Source: Armatimonadota bacterium (GTDB lineage: Bacteria > Armatimonadota > Hebobacteria > CAIYQO01). From it: a DNA stretch of 64,000 nucleotides. The notes under the pieces were generated by a model, which ran no database searches, was not told the origin of the DNA, and saw only the letters and a program-made list of their open reading frames with translations. Of this stretch, positions 1 through 9,600 are shown in pieces. The position numbers were made by a program, and so were the translations under genes. The DNA lies in the NCBI GenBank assembly GCA_029553475.1, contig JAKPKV010000137.1, positions 69,976 to 133,975 on the forward strand, in the 5' to 3' direction. How positions within the stretch are numbered: the first letter of the stretch is position 1; each line of letters begins with the position of its first letter.

Positions 1-75
1 CTGGATGAAGCGCCCCAAGCACTGCTCCAGCATGGCGCCGTCGTCCTCGCCGAGAATCAGATCGCGAAAATCCAC
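1..75 (-). CDS. partial CDS, 5' end only (continues past window start); hypothetical, possibly MglB/roadblock-type partner of MglA
   Basis: GTG at 75 (minus) opens VDFRDLILGEDDGAMLEQCLGRFIQ.. to the window edge, about 100 nt downstream of mglA on the same strand. The functional call is positional inference only. Confidence 0.3.
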   Translation of the reverse strand, partial: MDFRDLILGEDDGAMLEQCLGRFIQ

Positions 76-174
76 GGTATGCCCCTTTGCTCGCGCGGCG
101 GGCGGCGCCCGGCGCGCTCCGCGCGGGCCGGGTTCCCCGGCGGGCGCGGCACGAGAATGCGATGGTGACCAGTG

Positions 175-777
175 TTAAAATGCTCCGGTTTCGAACCGAT
201 GGACGAGATCGCGGATGACGAACCGACACAGGATATTCAACGTCGAGAAGACTCCGCGTCCATCCAGGGCAACGGCCTCCGTGTAGGGTACCCCGCGCGC
301 GTTCAGCAGGTACTCCATATACCACACGGGCGCAATGTCCGTGAGGTCGCGCTTGTTATACTGAAAGAGATATGGCAAATCCTCCAAATGGACGTTGTAG
401 CCGGCCAGGTTATCCTGGAGATTCTGCCAACTGTCGAGATTTTCCTGCATGACGTCCCACTGGGAATCGGCGACGAAGACGACGCCGTCCGCCCCGCGCA
501 GCACCAGCTTGCGGGTGGCGTTATACAGCACCTGCCCCGGCACGGTGTAGAGGCCGAACTTCACTTTGAAGCCGTTGATCTCCGCCATCTCCACCGGCAG
601 GAAGTCGAAATAGAGCGTGCGCTCGCCCGGCGTGGCCAGCGAGACCATTTCGCCGCGCCGCCCGCGGTTCAGGTGCTGATGCAGGAACTGCAGGTTGGTG
701 GTTTTGCCGCACAACCCGGGCCCGTAGTACACCAGCTTGCAGTTGATCTCTCGTGTCGCGTAATTAATGGACGCCAT
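175..777 (-). CDS. mglA: MglA-type Ras-superfamily small GTPase
   Basis: 200-aa ORF. INYATREINCKLVYYGPGLCGKTTNLQ (P-loop), LYTVPGQV and QYNKRDL match the Myxococcus MglA signature closely. Confidence 0.88.
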   Translation of the reverse strand: MASINYATREINCKLVYYGPGLCGKTTNLQFLHQHLNRGRRGEMVSLATPGERTLYFDFLPVEMAEINGFKVKFGLYTVPGQVLYNATRKLVLRGADGVVFVADSQWDVMQENLDSWQNLQDNLAGYNVHLEDLPYLFQYNKRDLTDIAPVWYMEYLLNARGVPYTEAVALDGRGVFSTLNILCRFVIRDLVHRFETGAF

Positions 778-791
778 AATGCTCCACGCAT

Positions 792-1808
792 CTATTCGAC
801 ATCGTCGAATTGCGATTCCTGCGGCACGGCCGGCAGGCGCATCCAGGCTGGCGGGATGCGCTGGATTTCAAAATATTCCCGGGGAACCTGGGTGATGAAA
901 TATTTCGGCGAGATCTTCACCCAGCGGTCGCGCACGCCGGCGTCGGCCTGCTCGCCGGTGGGGCGGGCGCCGCCGCCGGGCGCGCTGAAAATCTGCTGCC
1001 AGATGAGCCAGGCGGTGCAGCGCTGCAACTGCGGCACCAGGTAGGCCAGGTGAATGGTCACCGGCTTCTCCGCTTCCAGGAAGGGCTGCGCTTCCGGCAC
1101 CGAGGCGAGAATGACGCTGGCGGGCACCGAAACGGTGCCAAACACGTTGTCGCGCGGGATGGCGGGCGTGAAGTTCTCCGGCGGCTGCACCACCGGGTGG
1201 CGCGGCGCGGCGGGCGCGGCGGGCGCCGGCGCGGCGGGCGTGGCCGGCGCGGACCGCACGATCTGATAGTGCCCCGTGCGCGGCGCCTTGCTGGCGAAGG
1301 AGAACTGTTTGGCTCGGCTCACGCTCGGCGCCGGCGCGGGCGCGTCAATCAGCCCGTAGCCCGTCTGCAGCATGCGGCGGAAGGGGAGCAGCAGCATGGT
1401 GCCGGTGACGAGCATCGCCAGCGCGCGATAGGCCCAGGAGGAGCCATCCATGCCGATCAGCGTCTCGGAGAATTCCACGCCGTTCTGTGAGCTGACGAGG
1501 ATGCCCATGAGCAGGAAGACGACGAAGCGGGTGATGAAGCCCAGCACCGCGCCGGACAACGCCACGAGCAGATTGCGCGAGAGGAGGCCGGCGATGAGCG
1601 CGTACAGGAGGACTTCCAGCAGCCAGAGCAGGCCCACCAGCAGCGGGATGAGCGTGGCCGGCGCGAGATCGCTAATCGTGCGCGCCCAGCCGAATTTCAC
1701 CATGGGCACGGCCAGCAGCCCGCCCAGGAGCAGCAGCGTGCCCAGACTGAATCCCTGCATGAGGCCGAACATCGGTTCTTGTTCGGCGGATTGGGATGTT
1801 GCGGTCAT
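792..1808 (-). CDS. multi-pass membrane protein with Pro/Ala-rich linker and soluble C-terminal domain, unknown function
   Basis: ORF 792..1898; internal ATG at 1808 (MTATSQ..) preferred. Several hydrophobic helices are followed by a PATPAAPAPAAPAAP linker. The stop lies 14 nt before the mglA start, suggesting co-transcription. Confidence 0.55.
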   Translation of the reverse strand: MTATSQSAEQEPMFGLMQGFSLGTLLLLGGLLAVPMVKFGWARTISDLAPATLIPLLVGLLWLLEVLLYALIAGLLSRNLLVALSGAVLGFITRFVVFLLMGILVSSQNGVEFSETLIGMDGSSWAYRALAMLVTGTMLLLPFRRMLQTGYGLIDAPAPAPSVSRAKQFSFASKAPRTGHYQIVRSAPATPAAPAPAAPAAPRHPVVQPPENFTPAIPRDNVFGTVSVPASVILASVPEAQPFLEAEKPVTIHLAYLVPQLQRCTAWLIWQQIFSAPGGGARPTGEQADAGVRDRWVKISPKYFITQVPREYFEIQRIPPAWMRLPAVPQESQFDDVE

Positions 1809-2083
1809 GGACCATCCTTCGCCTCCCGGGGTCGCGCGGTGCCGGCGCGCGTCCGGGCGGTCACGACGATGCGACGTGATACATAACATATATACCATAA
1901 TTTACCGGTCTCGTCCAAGGGCACGGCGCAAAGGGACGCCGAAAGATGGCCATCACCTGCGACATGACGCCGCACCGCGCCCCCTGCCCGCCGCCGGGTC
2001 GCCCCACGGCTGGCCATGCATAGCGCGCCGGTGAAATGGGTACGTGCGAAGGCGGGCACTGCCCGCGCTGAAAGGAGTCCGCC

Positions 2084-2548
2084 GTGACGGATGTCGTGAA
2101 ACCCCTGTATCCCCGCTCGCGCTGGGAGCGGCTGGGCGCCGCGCTGCTCTTCCTCTGCGCCCTGCTTGGCGGGCTGGGCCTGCTGATCGGCCTGGTGGTG
2201 TTCGCCGCCGTGCGCCGCCGCCGGCCGTTCGCGGCGGCGGCGGGTCTGCAGGTCGCCGGCCTGCAGCTCCTCTTCACGCTGCTGGTCGGGGCGCTCTTCC
2301 TCGCCGTTGCCGGCGCCATGGGCGGGATGGCCGGGCTGGCGAACTGGATGGGGCTGGTGAATAATCTCCTGCAGGGGATCCGCGTCTACCTGCTGCCGCT
2401 CGATCGCCTCTTCATCGGGGTGTTCGCCGGGATCATCGGCCTGCAGCTGGCGGCGGCGGTGACGGGGGGCATCCTCGCCCTCACCGGGCGCCTGCTGCCG
2501 GTGCCGGTGCCGCCGGCGCGACTGCGGCGGTGGGTGGGGAAGCATTGA
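2084..2548 (+). CDS. small integral membrane protein, unknown function
   Basis: 154-aa ORF. GTG start preceded by GAAAGGAG. Four long hydrophobic segments. Diverges from the 792..1808 gene across an AT-rich spacer. Confidence 0.55.
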   Translation: MTDVVKPLYPRSRWERLGAALLFLCALLGGLGLLIGLVVFAAVRRRRPFAAAAGLQVAGLQLLFTLLVGALFLAVAGAMGGMAGLANWMGLVNNLLQGIRVYLLPLDRLFIGVFAGIIGLQLAAAVTGGILALTGRLLPVPVPPARLRRWVGKH

Positions 2549-2814
2549 GGCGATTTAGAAACGGTCTTGACCGTGATCGGCGCCAGATCGCTGCAGGATG
2601 GGGCGTGGCTGGCGAGGCGGAGTTCCGCGAGTCCCGATAGCATCGGGATGCCAGGACATCCCACGACGCCAGACGCGATCCAGACCCGCGAGAGGGTGAC
2701 GAGCACGTTCAAGACAGTTTTTTAGGCCGGCGGCGCGACAGGACGCCCGTACCGGCGGCGCGAAATACGCCGGTAACCGCCGCGCGATCACGCGGGCACC
2801 GGCAAAGGAGCGGC

Positions 2815-4746
2815 ATGGCTGTCTTTCAACCGAACGCGGTACTGGGCAACTCGCACACGCTGGTCTCGCTGGGACGGGCGGGCGAGTTGATGACCTTTTT
2901 TTACCCCCACCTCGATTACCCGCAGAACCTGCGGGAGGGGATGGTGGCCGTCTACCTCGGCGCGCCGGGTCACGGGCATGTGAGCTGGACCTTCGAAGAC
3001 GCCTGGCAGAAACGGCAATCCTACCTGCCGCGACGGAATATCCTCGTCACCGACCTGGCCAATCCCGTGCTGGGCCTGGAGGTGCGGATCACCGACCTGG
3101 TGCATCCCCGCCGCGACATCCTGGCGCGCCAGTTCCGCGTGCGCAACGCCAGCCCGCAATCCCGCGACGGCGTGCTGATGCAGTACCTGTGCCTGCGGTT
3201 GGGCGAGATGCCGAGCAAGAATAGCGCCCGCCGGCTGGATGACGAATGGGCGGTGGTGCAATACTGGCGGCACATCTGTTTTGCCATCGGCGGCGACCGG
3301 CCGGATGGCACGCAGATCGGCAAGGCGGAGGGACACAACAGCGCGAAAGCGGACATGCAGGATGGCGCGCTGCAGCACCAGCGCGAGGAGCTGGGCGACG
3401 TGGATACCGCCTACGCCTGGAACTTCACGCTGGAGCCCGGCGCGGAGATCACGCGCACGCTGCTCATCTCCGCCGCCCCCACCGAGCCGGCGGCGCTGAC
3501 GCAGCTCCGCTCCGCGCGCGAGCAGGGCTTTCCGGCGCTGTACGAGCTCACCGATCACTGGTGGGATGCCTGGCTCTCCTCCGCGGTGCCGGTGCACCTG
3601 GACGCCGACTTGACGGAGACCTACTACCGGTCGCTGCTCGCGCTGCGCCTGCTCTATGACGAGCGCTATGGCTCGGTGCTCGCGGCGCCGGAATTTGACC
3701 CGACGTTCGCGCGCTGCGGCGGCTACGGGTTTGTGTGGCCGCGCGACGCCGCCGAGGTGGTGCTGGCGCTGGAGGAGGCCGGCTACCCCACGATGGTGGA
3801 GCGCTTCTTCGAGTGGGCGCGGATGACGCAGCGCAAGGAAGGCTACTGGGAACAGCGCTACTGGGTCAACGGCGACCGCGGGCCGGGATGGTGCAGCTTC
3901 CTCGATTCCATCCAGATTGACCAGACCGGCTCGATGGTCTACGCGTTGGGCGTGCATGCCGACCTGCTGCCGGCGCACGAACGTCCGGGATTTCGCGAGC
4001 GCTACTGGGCGGTGGTGCGGCTGGCGGCCGAGTATCTCTACGGCACGCTCAACGGCGACGGGCTGCACGGGCCGGCCTTCGACCTCTGGGAAAAATTCCG
4101 CGGCAGCTTCACTTACTCCAACGCGGCCATTTATGCCGCCTTCCGCGCCGCGGCGGCGTGGGCAGCGGCGCGCGGCGAGGACGCGCTGGCCGCGCGGTGG
4201 GGCGCGGCCGCCGACCGCATCAAGGCCGTGCTGCTGGCGCGGTGCTGGAACGGCGACTATTTCGCCCGCGGCTTCAACGAGCGCGGCGAGGTGGACTGGA
4301 GCGTGGATTCCGCCATGCTCGGCGTCTGCGACCCCTTTCAGATGCTCTCGCTGGACGACGTCGCCGAGCGCACGATGATCGCGCGCATGGTGGAGGTCAT
4401 CCGCGCGCGCCTCACCCGCCAACTGCCGGAAGGCGAAGGCATCATGCGCCACGAGTGGGACGACTACGGCGGCGGCGCCGCCGGCGGGGTGAATACCCTC
4501 TGGCTGGCGCGGGTGATGCTGCGGCTGGCACGGTATGACCAGGACCGCGACGCCGCACGATCGCACCGCTACCGCGACGACGCCGTGCGCTACCTGCGCA
4601 CCGTCATCGCCCGCGGCACCACCACCGGCCTGCTGCCGGAGCTCATCGGCAGCGACACGCTGCACCACTGGGCCGTCCCCCACGGCTGGGCCATGGCCTC
4701 CTATCTGCAGTGCGCGCTGCTGCTGGATCAGCTGGGGAAGGGGTAG
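2815..4746 (+). CDS. glycoside hydrolase family 15 (glucoamylase/trehalase-like)
   Basis: 643-aa ORF, ATG preceded by AAAGGAG. GYGFVWPRDAAEVVLALEEAGY and downstream (alpha/alpha)6-barrel-like segments are typical of GH15. Confidence 0.85.
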   Translation: MAVFQPNAVLGNSHTLVSLGRAGELMTFFYPHLDYPQNLREGMVAVYLGAPGHGHVSWTFEDAWQKRQSYLPRRNILVTDLANPVLGLEVRITDLVHPRRDILARQFRVRNASPQSRDGVLMQYLCLRLGEMPSKNSARRLDDEWAVVQYWRHICFAIGGDRPDGTQIGKAEGHNSAKADMQDGALQHQREELGDVDTAYAWNFTLEPGAEITRTLLISAAPTEPAALTQLRSAREQGFPALYELTDHWWDAWLSSAVPVHLDADLTETYYRSLLALRLLYDERYGSVLAAPEFDPTFARCGGYGFVWPRDAAEVVLALEEAGYPTMVERFFEWARMTQRKEGYWEQRYWVNGDRGPGWCSFLDSIQIDQTGSMVYALGVHADLLPAHERPGFRERYWAVVRLAAEYLYGTLNGDGLHGPAFDLWEKFRGSFTYSNAAIYAAFRAAAAWAAARGEDALAARWGAAADRIKAVLLARCWNGDYFARGFNERGEVDWSVDSAMLGVCDPFQMLSLDDVAERTMIARMVEVIRARLTRQLPEGEGIMRHEWDDYGGGAAGGVNTLWLARVMLRLARYDQDRDAARSHRYRDDAVRYLRTVIARGTTTGLLPELIGSDTLHHWAVPHGWAMASYLQCALLLDQLGKG

Positions 4747-4880
4747 GGAATCGCGCTCCCGGCGGGCGAGACGCCGGCGTGCGCGGGATGAAACGCACAC
4801 AACTATTGAGGCTCCCGGTTCGAACCACCGACAGTCTCTGCTGTCGTCCTTTCAGGACTCTTGAAAAATACGGGACCTGT

Positions 4881-4991
4881 TCCACGGGTTCCGCTGGCGC
4901 TCCACCCGTGGCTAACAGCTTTCGGCCCTTCGGGCCTCTGTCACCCCGTCACCCCGTCACCTCTTCACCTTGTCACCTCTTCACCCCGTCA
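4881..4991 (+). repeat. R1 hairpin-module repeat plus GTCACC-rich short tandem tract
   Basis: TCCACGGGTTCCGCTGGCGCTCCACCCGTGGCTAACAGCTTTCGGCCCTTCGGGCC (4881-4936) recurs at 9502, 28853 (inverted), 29002 and 60849. It is followed by GTCACCCC/GTCACCTC repeats at 4939-4991. Confidence 0.8.
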
Positions 4992-5019
4992 TCTTCCTGG
5001 TGGAAAAGCGGTCGCGGCG

Positions 5020-5685
5020 TCACGCGAGATCCAACGCCCCCTGCCCGCAGGCCCGCACCGGGCCGAACGACCGCCGGTGGGCGGGACAGGGGCCGAGGCG
5101 GCGGAGGGCGGCGAGATGTTCGGGGGTGGGATAGCCTTTGTGCCGCGCGAAGCCGTAGCCGGGATGCTCGGCATCCAGCGCGCACAGCAGGCGGTCGCGC
5201 GTGACCTTCGCCAGGATGGAGGCGGCGGCGATGCTGGCGGAATGGCTGTCGCCTTTGATGACATTCTGCTGCGGCACGGGGGGCTCGGGCAGCGGCAGGC
5301 CGTCCACCAGCGCGAGGTCGGGGGCGGGCGTCAGCGCGCGCAGCGCGGCGCGCATGCCCCGGCGGGTGGCCTCCAGGATGTTGATCTCGTCAATGATCTC
5401 CGCCGGCACCGCGACAACCGCCCAGGCGACGGCGCCGGCGATGATGCGGTCATACAGGCGCTCCCGCGTCTCGGCCGGCACCTGTTTGGAATCATTGAGG
5501 CCGTCCGGACACCACCCCACGGGGAGGATCACCGCCGCCGCCACCACCGGCCCCGCCAATGGCCCGCGCCCGGCCTCATCCACCCCGGCGATGCGCGCCG
5601 CGCCCGCGGCGATGAGCGCGCGCTCGATGCGCCACAGCCGCGCCGCGCGGTCCGTCTGTTGCCCGGGAGAAGGTGATGTTGCCAT
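5020..5685 (-). CDS. rnhB: ribonuclease HII
   Basis: 221 aa. IAGVDEAGRGPLAGPVVAAAVIL catalytic motif. The ATG lies 3 nt after the stop of the upstream lepB. Confidence 0.9.
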   Translation of the reverse strand: MATSPSPGQQTDRAARLWRIERALIAAGAARIAGVDEAGRGPLAGPVVAAAVILPVGWCPDGLNDSKQVPAETRERLYDRIIAGAVAWAVVAVPAEIIDEINILEATRRGMRAALRALTPAPDLALVDGLPLPEPPVPQQNVIKGDSHSASIAAASILAKVTRDRLLCALDAEHPGYGFARHKGYPTPEHLAALRRLGPCPAHRRSFGPVRACGQGALDLA

Positions 5686-5688
5686 CGG

Positions 5689-7011
5689 TCACAGCAGCCG
5701 CAGCCGGTGCGGAGGCCAGAAGGTGGCCACCGCGCGCCCTTTGATGTCGTCCAGCGGCACCACGCCCCAAAAGCGCCCGTCATAGCTGCCGCCGCGGTTG
5801 TCGCCCATCACCAGCACGGCGTTGTCCGGCACCTGGAACTCGCCGCCGTCCACAATGTAGGGTTTTAGGCGCTTTTCATACAGCACGTGATAGTCATACC
5901 AGGTTTTCAACCAGGACGGGAAGACGTTGTCCGGCGCGTAGGGATGCAGGTAGCGATGCAGCTGCTCGGCCGTCACCGTGCCGTCTTCCGATGCGGTCAG
6001 CAGCGGCATCGGGTCCGGTGCTTGATAGAGACGCTGCGGGAAGTCCATCGTCACCTGCGGCGCCCAGTCGGGGATATAGGGCTCGTCCAGCGGCGTCTTG
6101 CTGCCGTTCAGATAGATGGCTTTCTCCGTCATGCTGACACGGATGCGGTCGCCCGGCACGGCGATGACGCGCTTGATGTAGTCGTCACGCAGCTCGGGCA
6201 GCGTCTGCAGGGTCGCCAGCAGCTCGTGGACATCCCGCAGCGGGTGCTGCCCGTGCATGACACGCCACGTATTCAATGCCGGCAGGTATTGCTCTTCCGC
6301 ATCCCGCGGGTTTTCGGTAGCCCAGCGGCGCAGCATCAGCTCGGGATTGAGACCTTCCAGCGTCTCATCCGACGGTTTGAAGATGATGACTTCGCCGCGG
6401 CGCGGCGGGCGGAAGTGCAGGATGAAGCGGTTCGCCAACAGTTTGTCGCCGCTGCGCCGTTTGCCGTCCCGGATGAGGACCGCTGAGGTGCCGTCATACG
6501 TGGCCGGGTGATACGGGCCGAGCAGCGTGGGCTCCATGCTGGCGGAGGGGATGAAGAAGGTCTGCAGCAGGCAGGGCCGCACAATGCCGAAGACGAGGAT
6601 GAGGGCGATGAGGAGGGTGTCAATCACCTCCAGCCCGCCGTCTTTCCGCGGCCGTTCTTTCAGCCGCTCGCCCCACCGGCCAATGAGCGTCGCTTTCGCG
6701 AAAAAGTCGCGCGCGCCGCCGTAGGCGGCGAAGGCGAAGAGCACGCCGGAGACGATGCCCGGCACGTTGCCCCACTTCATGCCGACGAGCACCGCCACCA
6801 CGAAGGCGAGGAAAAACAGCAGTCCCTCGATGATGGGCTGAATGCGGTACGGCGCCGGCGCGGGATTCTTCGGCGCCGGCAGCGGATTGGCGCGCCGATA
6901 CGCCTGGTAGATGAGGCGAATTCCCAGCGTGACGACCACGCAGGTGACGACCACCCAGGGATTTTCCAGGGCGAGCAGTATGCGAGACAGCAGCAGTGCG
7001 GCATCGGACAT
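5689..7011 (-). CDS. lepB: signal peptidase I (long form with N-terminal membrane extension)
   Basis: ORF 5689..7182; ATG at 7011 (MSDAALLL..) preferred. Catalytic SASMEPTLL box, KRVIAVPGD and GDNRGGSYDGRFWG boxes. Confidence 0.85.
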   Translation of the reverse strand: MSDAALLLSRILLALENPWVVVTCVVVTLGIRLIYQAYRRANPLPAPKNPAPAPYRIQPIIEGLLFFLAFVVAVLVGMKWGNVPGIVSGVLFAFAAYGGARDFFAKATLIGRWGERLKERPRKDGGLEVIDTLLIALILVFGIVRPCLLQTFFIPSASMEPTLLGPYHPATYDGTSAVLIRDGKRRSGDKLLANRFILHFRPPRRGEVIIFKPSDETLEGLNPELMLRRWATENPRDAEEQYLPALNTWRVMHGQHPLRDVHELLATLQTLPELRDDYIKRVIAVPGDRIRVSMTEKAIYLNGSKTPLDEPYIPDWAPQVTMDFPQRLYQAPDPMPLLTASEDGTVTAEQLHRYLHPYAPDNVFPSWLKTWYDYHVLYEKRLKPYIVDGGEFQVPDNAVLVMGDNRGGSYDGRFWGVVPLDDIKGRAVATFWPPHRLRLL

Positions 7012-7097
7012 GGTTGGAAGCCTGCTTTCGCGGCGAATGCCGCGTCTATTATAGCGCGGACGGGCGGCGCGGTCATCCTCGGTGATCGCGGGATCGT

Positions 7098-8141
7098 CTA
7101 CCGGATGAAGCCGATGCGCTTCAGCGGCAAGAAAATGACCACCGCTTTCCCCACCACGGCATCGCGCTCGAGCAGGCCCCACACGTGGCCGTCGTGGCTT
7201 TCGCGGCGGTTGTCGCCCAGCACCAGCAGATAGCCCTCCGGCACCACCAGCGCGTGGTCGTTGATGTAGGGATGCAGCGCGTTGGCGACGCCGGCGCCCA
7301 GCCGCGGGGAGAAATCGCCCATGACGGTCAGCGGAAATTCGTAATCGGGCCGGGCGGCGACATAGGGTTCGTGCAGCAGCGTGTCGTTCACGTAGACGCC
7401 GTCATACGTGATGCGCACGCGGTCGCCGGGGGTGCCGACCACGCGCTTGACGTAGTCCGTCGGCTGTTTCGGGTTGTAGCGCTGGCCGTTCAATTCCAGC
7501 GCCTTGCGCGGGGCGTGGAAGACCACCACGTCGCCCACGCGCGGCTCGCGCAGGCGGTAGGTGAACTTCGTCGCCAGCACCTTATCGCCGATCTGCAGCG
7601 TCGGGATCATGCTGCCGGTGGGGATGTAGAACGCCTGGAGCAGGAAGGGCCGGATGAGGAAAAAGACCAGCACGACCGCGATGATGGCGGAATCGAGCAG
7701 CTCATGCCAGAGGCGAAATTCGCCGCGCGACCCGTCCTCGCCGCGCGCGTCGGCGGGGGCGTCCGCCTGGTCGGGGGCGCTCTCGGCCGGCACAGCACTC
7801 GCGGGTTCCGCGTCCTCGGCCAGCAGCGTCTCATCCACGTGCCGGGGCACCTCCGCGACTTCGGCGGGATCGCGCGGCGGCGCGAAGCGTTCCGCCATGG
7901 CCGGCGCCGGCGGCCCGGCGGGCACGGCGTCAGCGGCGGCATCGGGCGCGCCGGGCGGGGAGGGCGCCTCTTCGCGTTCGGCGGGGTCGTCGGGCGCCAC
8001 TGCCAGGTCATCGCCGGCGGCGGGGGGCGCGGCTGGCGCGGCGGCGAGGCGTTCAATCACGAACGATGCCAGCCGCAATCCCAGCAGGATTGCCAGCAGC
8101 GCCCAGGGAAAGCCCGGATCGTCGAAATTGATCATCGTCAC
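7098..8141 (-). CDS. lepB: signal peptidase I paralog with acidic Pro/Ala-rich insert
   Basis: 347 aa. GSMIPTLQIGDKVLATKF, KRVVGTPGD and GDNRRESHDGHVWG boxes. About 110 aa of low-complexity A/P/D/E sequence between TM1 and TM2. Confidence 0.85.
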   Translation of the reverse strand: MTMINFDDPGFPWALLAILLGLRLASFVIERLAAAPAAPPAAGDDLAVAPDDPAEREEAPSPPGAPDAAADAVPAGPPAPAMAERFAPPRDPAEVAEVPRHVDETLLAEDAEPASAVPAESAPDQADAPADARGEDGSRGEFRLWHELLDSAIIAVVLVFFLIRPFLLQAFYIPTGSMIPTLQIGDKVLATKFTYRLREPRVGDVVVFHAPRKALELNGQRYNPKQPTDYVKRVVGTPGDRVRITYDGVYVNDTLLHEPYVAARPDYEFPLTVMGDFSPRLGAGVANALHPYINDHALVVPEGYLLVLGDNRRESHDGHVWGLLERDAVVGKAVVIFLPLKRIGFIR

Positions 8142-8267
8142 GCTTCAGTCCTGTCAACGCGGCGCGGCCGTTTCCCGGTTGCCGATGCGGTCATGAAGAT
8201 GGGGCGGGTGAAGAGCCACCCGCCCCGGGCGAGAAATCGGCGGAACGTCCCGGCCTTGACCGAATCG

Positions 8268-8645
8268 TTATACCCGCCCGCGCTCTTTGATACGCGTGGC
8301 GCGCGCGCCGATGCGCTTGCGCAGGTAGTACAGCCGGGCGCGGCGCACTTTGCCGAGGCGGATCACTTCGATCTTCTCGATCTTCGGCGAGTGCACCAGG
8401 AAGATGCGCTCGACGCCGACGCCGTTGCTGACGCGGCGCACGGTCACGCGCTCGTTGAGCAGGCCCTTCTGATGGCGGATGACCACGCCCTCATACAGCT
8501 GAATGCGCTCGCGGTTGCCTTCCTTCACCTTCAGGTGCACGCGCAGCGAGTCGCCCGTGCGGAACCGCGGGCGATCCGGCTGCACCTGTTCGGCTTCCAG
8601 CGCGCGGATGAGCCCGTGGTTCAGCTTATTCGACTTCTTCATCAT
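8268..8645 (-). CDS. rplS: 50S ribosomal protein L19
   Basis: ATG at 8645 (MMKKSNKLN..). [30 protein letters not shown] and RRARLYYLR are canonical L19. Confidence 0.92.
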   Translation of the reverse strand: MMKKSNKLNHGLIRALEAEQVQPDRPRFRTGDSLRVHLKVKEGNRERIQLYEGVVIRHQKGLLNERVTVRRVSNGVGVERIFLVHSPKIEKIEVIRLGKVRRARLYYLRKRIGARATRIKERGRV

Positions 8646-9453
8646 CGTGTCTCCCGGCCGAGCGGTCGGCTGTCTCTGCCTTCTGCCGACTTTCAGCCTT
8701 GAGGCGCGCCAACAGGCGCTCATCTTCCTCGGTCAGCGGGGCCGTGGCCAGCAGGTCGGGCCGCCGCTCCAGGGTCCGGCGGAGGGATTGCTCCCGGCGC
8801 CAGTGTCGGATCGCCTCATGATGCCCGGAGAGAAGGACCTCCGGCACCGCCCACCCCCGGAACTCGGGTGGGCGCGTATAGTGCGGGTACTCCAGGAGCC
8901 CCGTCACAAAGCTTTCGGATTCGGCGGCGCCCGCGCCGCCCAGCACGCCCGGCATCAGCCGGGCCACCGCGTCAATCACCACCAGCGCCGGCAACTCGCC
9001 GCCGGTGAGCACGTAGTCGCCGATGGAGATCTCGCGCCCGGCGAGATGCGCGTGCACGCGCTCGTCCATCGCCTCGTAGCGCCCGCAGACGAAGATCAGG
9101 TGATCAAACCCGTCCGCCAGCTCCCGCGCCATCGCCTGCGAAAAGCGCTCGCCGGTCGGCGCCATCACGATCACCAGCTCGCGCGGCCCGCCCTCCCGCA
9201 CGGCGTCCACCGCCTCAAAGATCGGCTCCGGCTTCATCACCATCCCCACACCGCCCCCGTAGGGGTAATCGTCGGTCAGATGATGCTTATCGTGCGTGTA
9301 GTCGCGCACCTGGTGCGCGCGGCACGCCAACAGCCCCGCCGCCCGCGCCCGCCCCAGCATGCTCTCCGCCCAGTAGGCCTCGAACACCCGCGGCAGCAGC
9401 GTGATCACGTCCACCCGCAGCGGCGATCTGGTCATCGTGTCTTCATTTGTCAT
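8626..9453 (-). CDS. trmD: tRNA (guanine37-N1)-methyltransferase
   Basis: [39 protein letters not shown] and [16 protein letters not shown] are TrmD motifs. The start is ambiguous (ATG at 9453 or 9435). The 3' end overlaps the rplS start. Confidence 0.9.
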   Translation of the reverse strand: MTNEDTMTRSPLRVDVITLLPRVFEAYWAESMLGRARAAGLLACRAHQVRDYTHDKHHLTDDYPYGGGVGMVMKPEPIFEAVDAVREGGPRELVIVMAPTGERFSQAMARELADGFDHLIFVCGRYEAMDERVHAHLAGREISIGDYVLTGGELPALVVIDAVARLMPGVLGGAGAAESESFVTGLLEYPHYTRPPEFRGWAVPEVLLSGHHEAIRHWRREQSLRRTLERRPDLLATAPLTEEDERLLARLKAESRQKAETADRSAGRHDDEEVE

Positions 9454-9501
9454 CCGACGGTCTTTCGCCCCTTCGGGGCTTGGACGTTTCTTACTCCGCT
9501 T

Positions 9502-9600
9502 TCCACGGGTTCCGCTGCGCTTCACCCGTGGCTAACGGCTTCGATCCCTTCGGGATGCGTCATCCCACATCCCACATCAAGCATCAAACATCCATCATCC
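9502..9600 (+). repeat. R1 hairpin-module repeat plus CATCCCA-type short tandem tract
   Basis: TCCACGGGTTCCGCTGCGCTTCACCCGTGGCTAACGGCTTCGATCCCTTCGGGATG, then CATCCCACATCCCACATCAAGCATCAAACATCCATCATCC. The tract runs into the last codons of ilvE. Confidence 0.8.

Noticed and set aside
2788-4800. Very long ORFs antisense to recognisable genes. Examples: 2788..4800(-), 8503..9699(+), 12551..14272(+), 16010..17620(-), 18095..20020(-), 21316..24123(-), 27073..28539(-), 29033..31264(-), 43612..46428(-), 46316..47836(-), 53755..54933(-), 54924..56396(-), 57252..58823(-).
   Set aside because: Their translations are Arg/Gly/Ala/Pro/His-rich with no motifs, and each fully overlaps a gene with clear family signatures on the other strand. 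They are typical shadow ORFs of high-GC DNA.
4810-4850. tRNA-like GGTTCGAACC T-loop-like string (AGGCTCCCGGTTCGAACCACCGACAG).
   Set aside because: The flanking bases do not form a T-stem, an acceptor stem or any cloverleaf on either strand. At best it is a decayed fragment.
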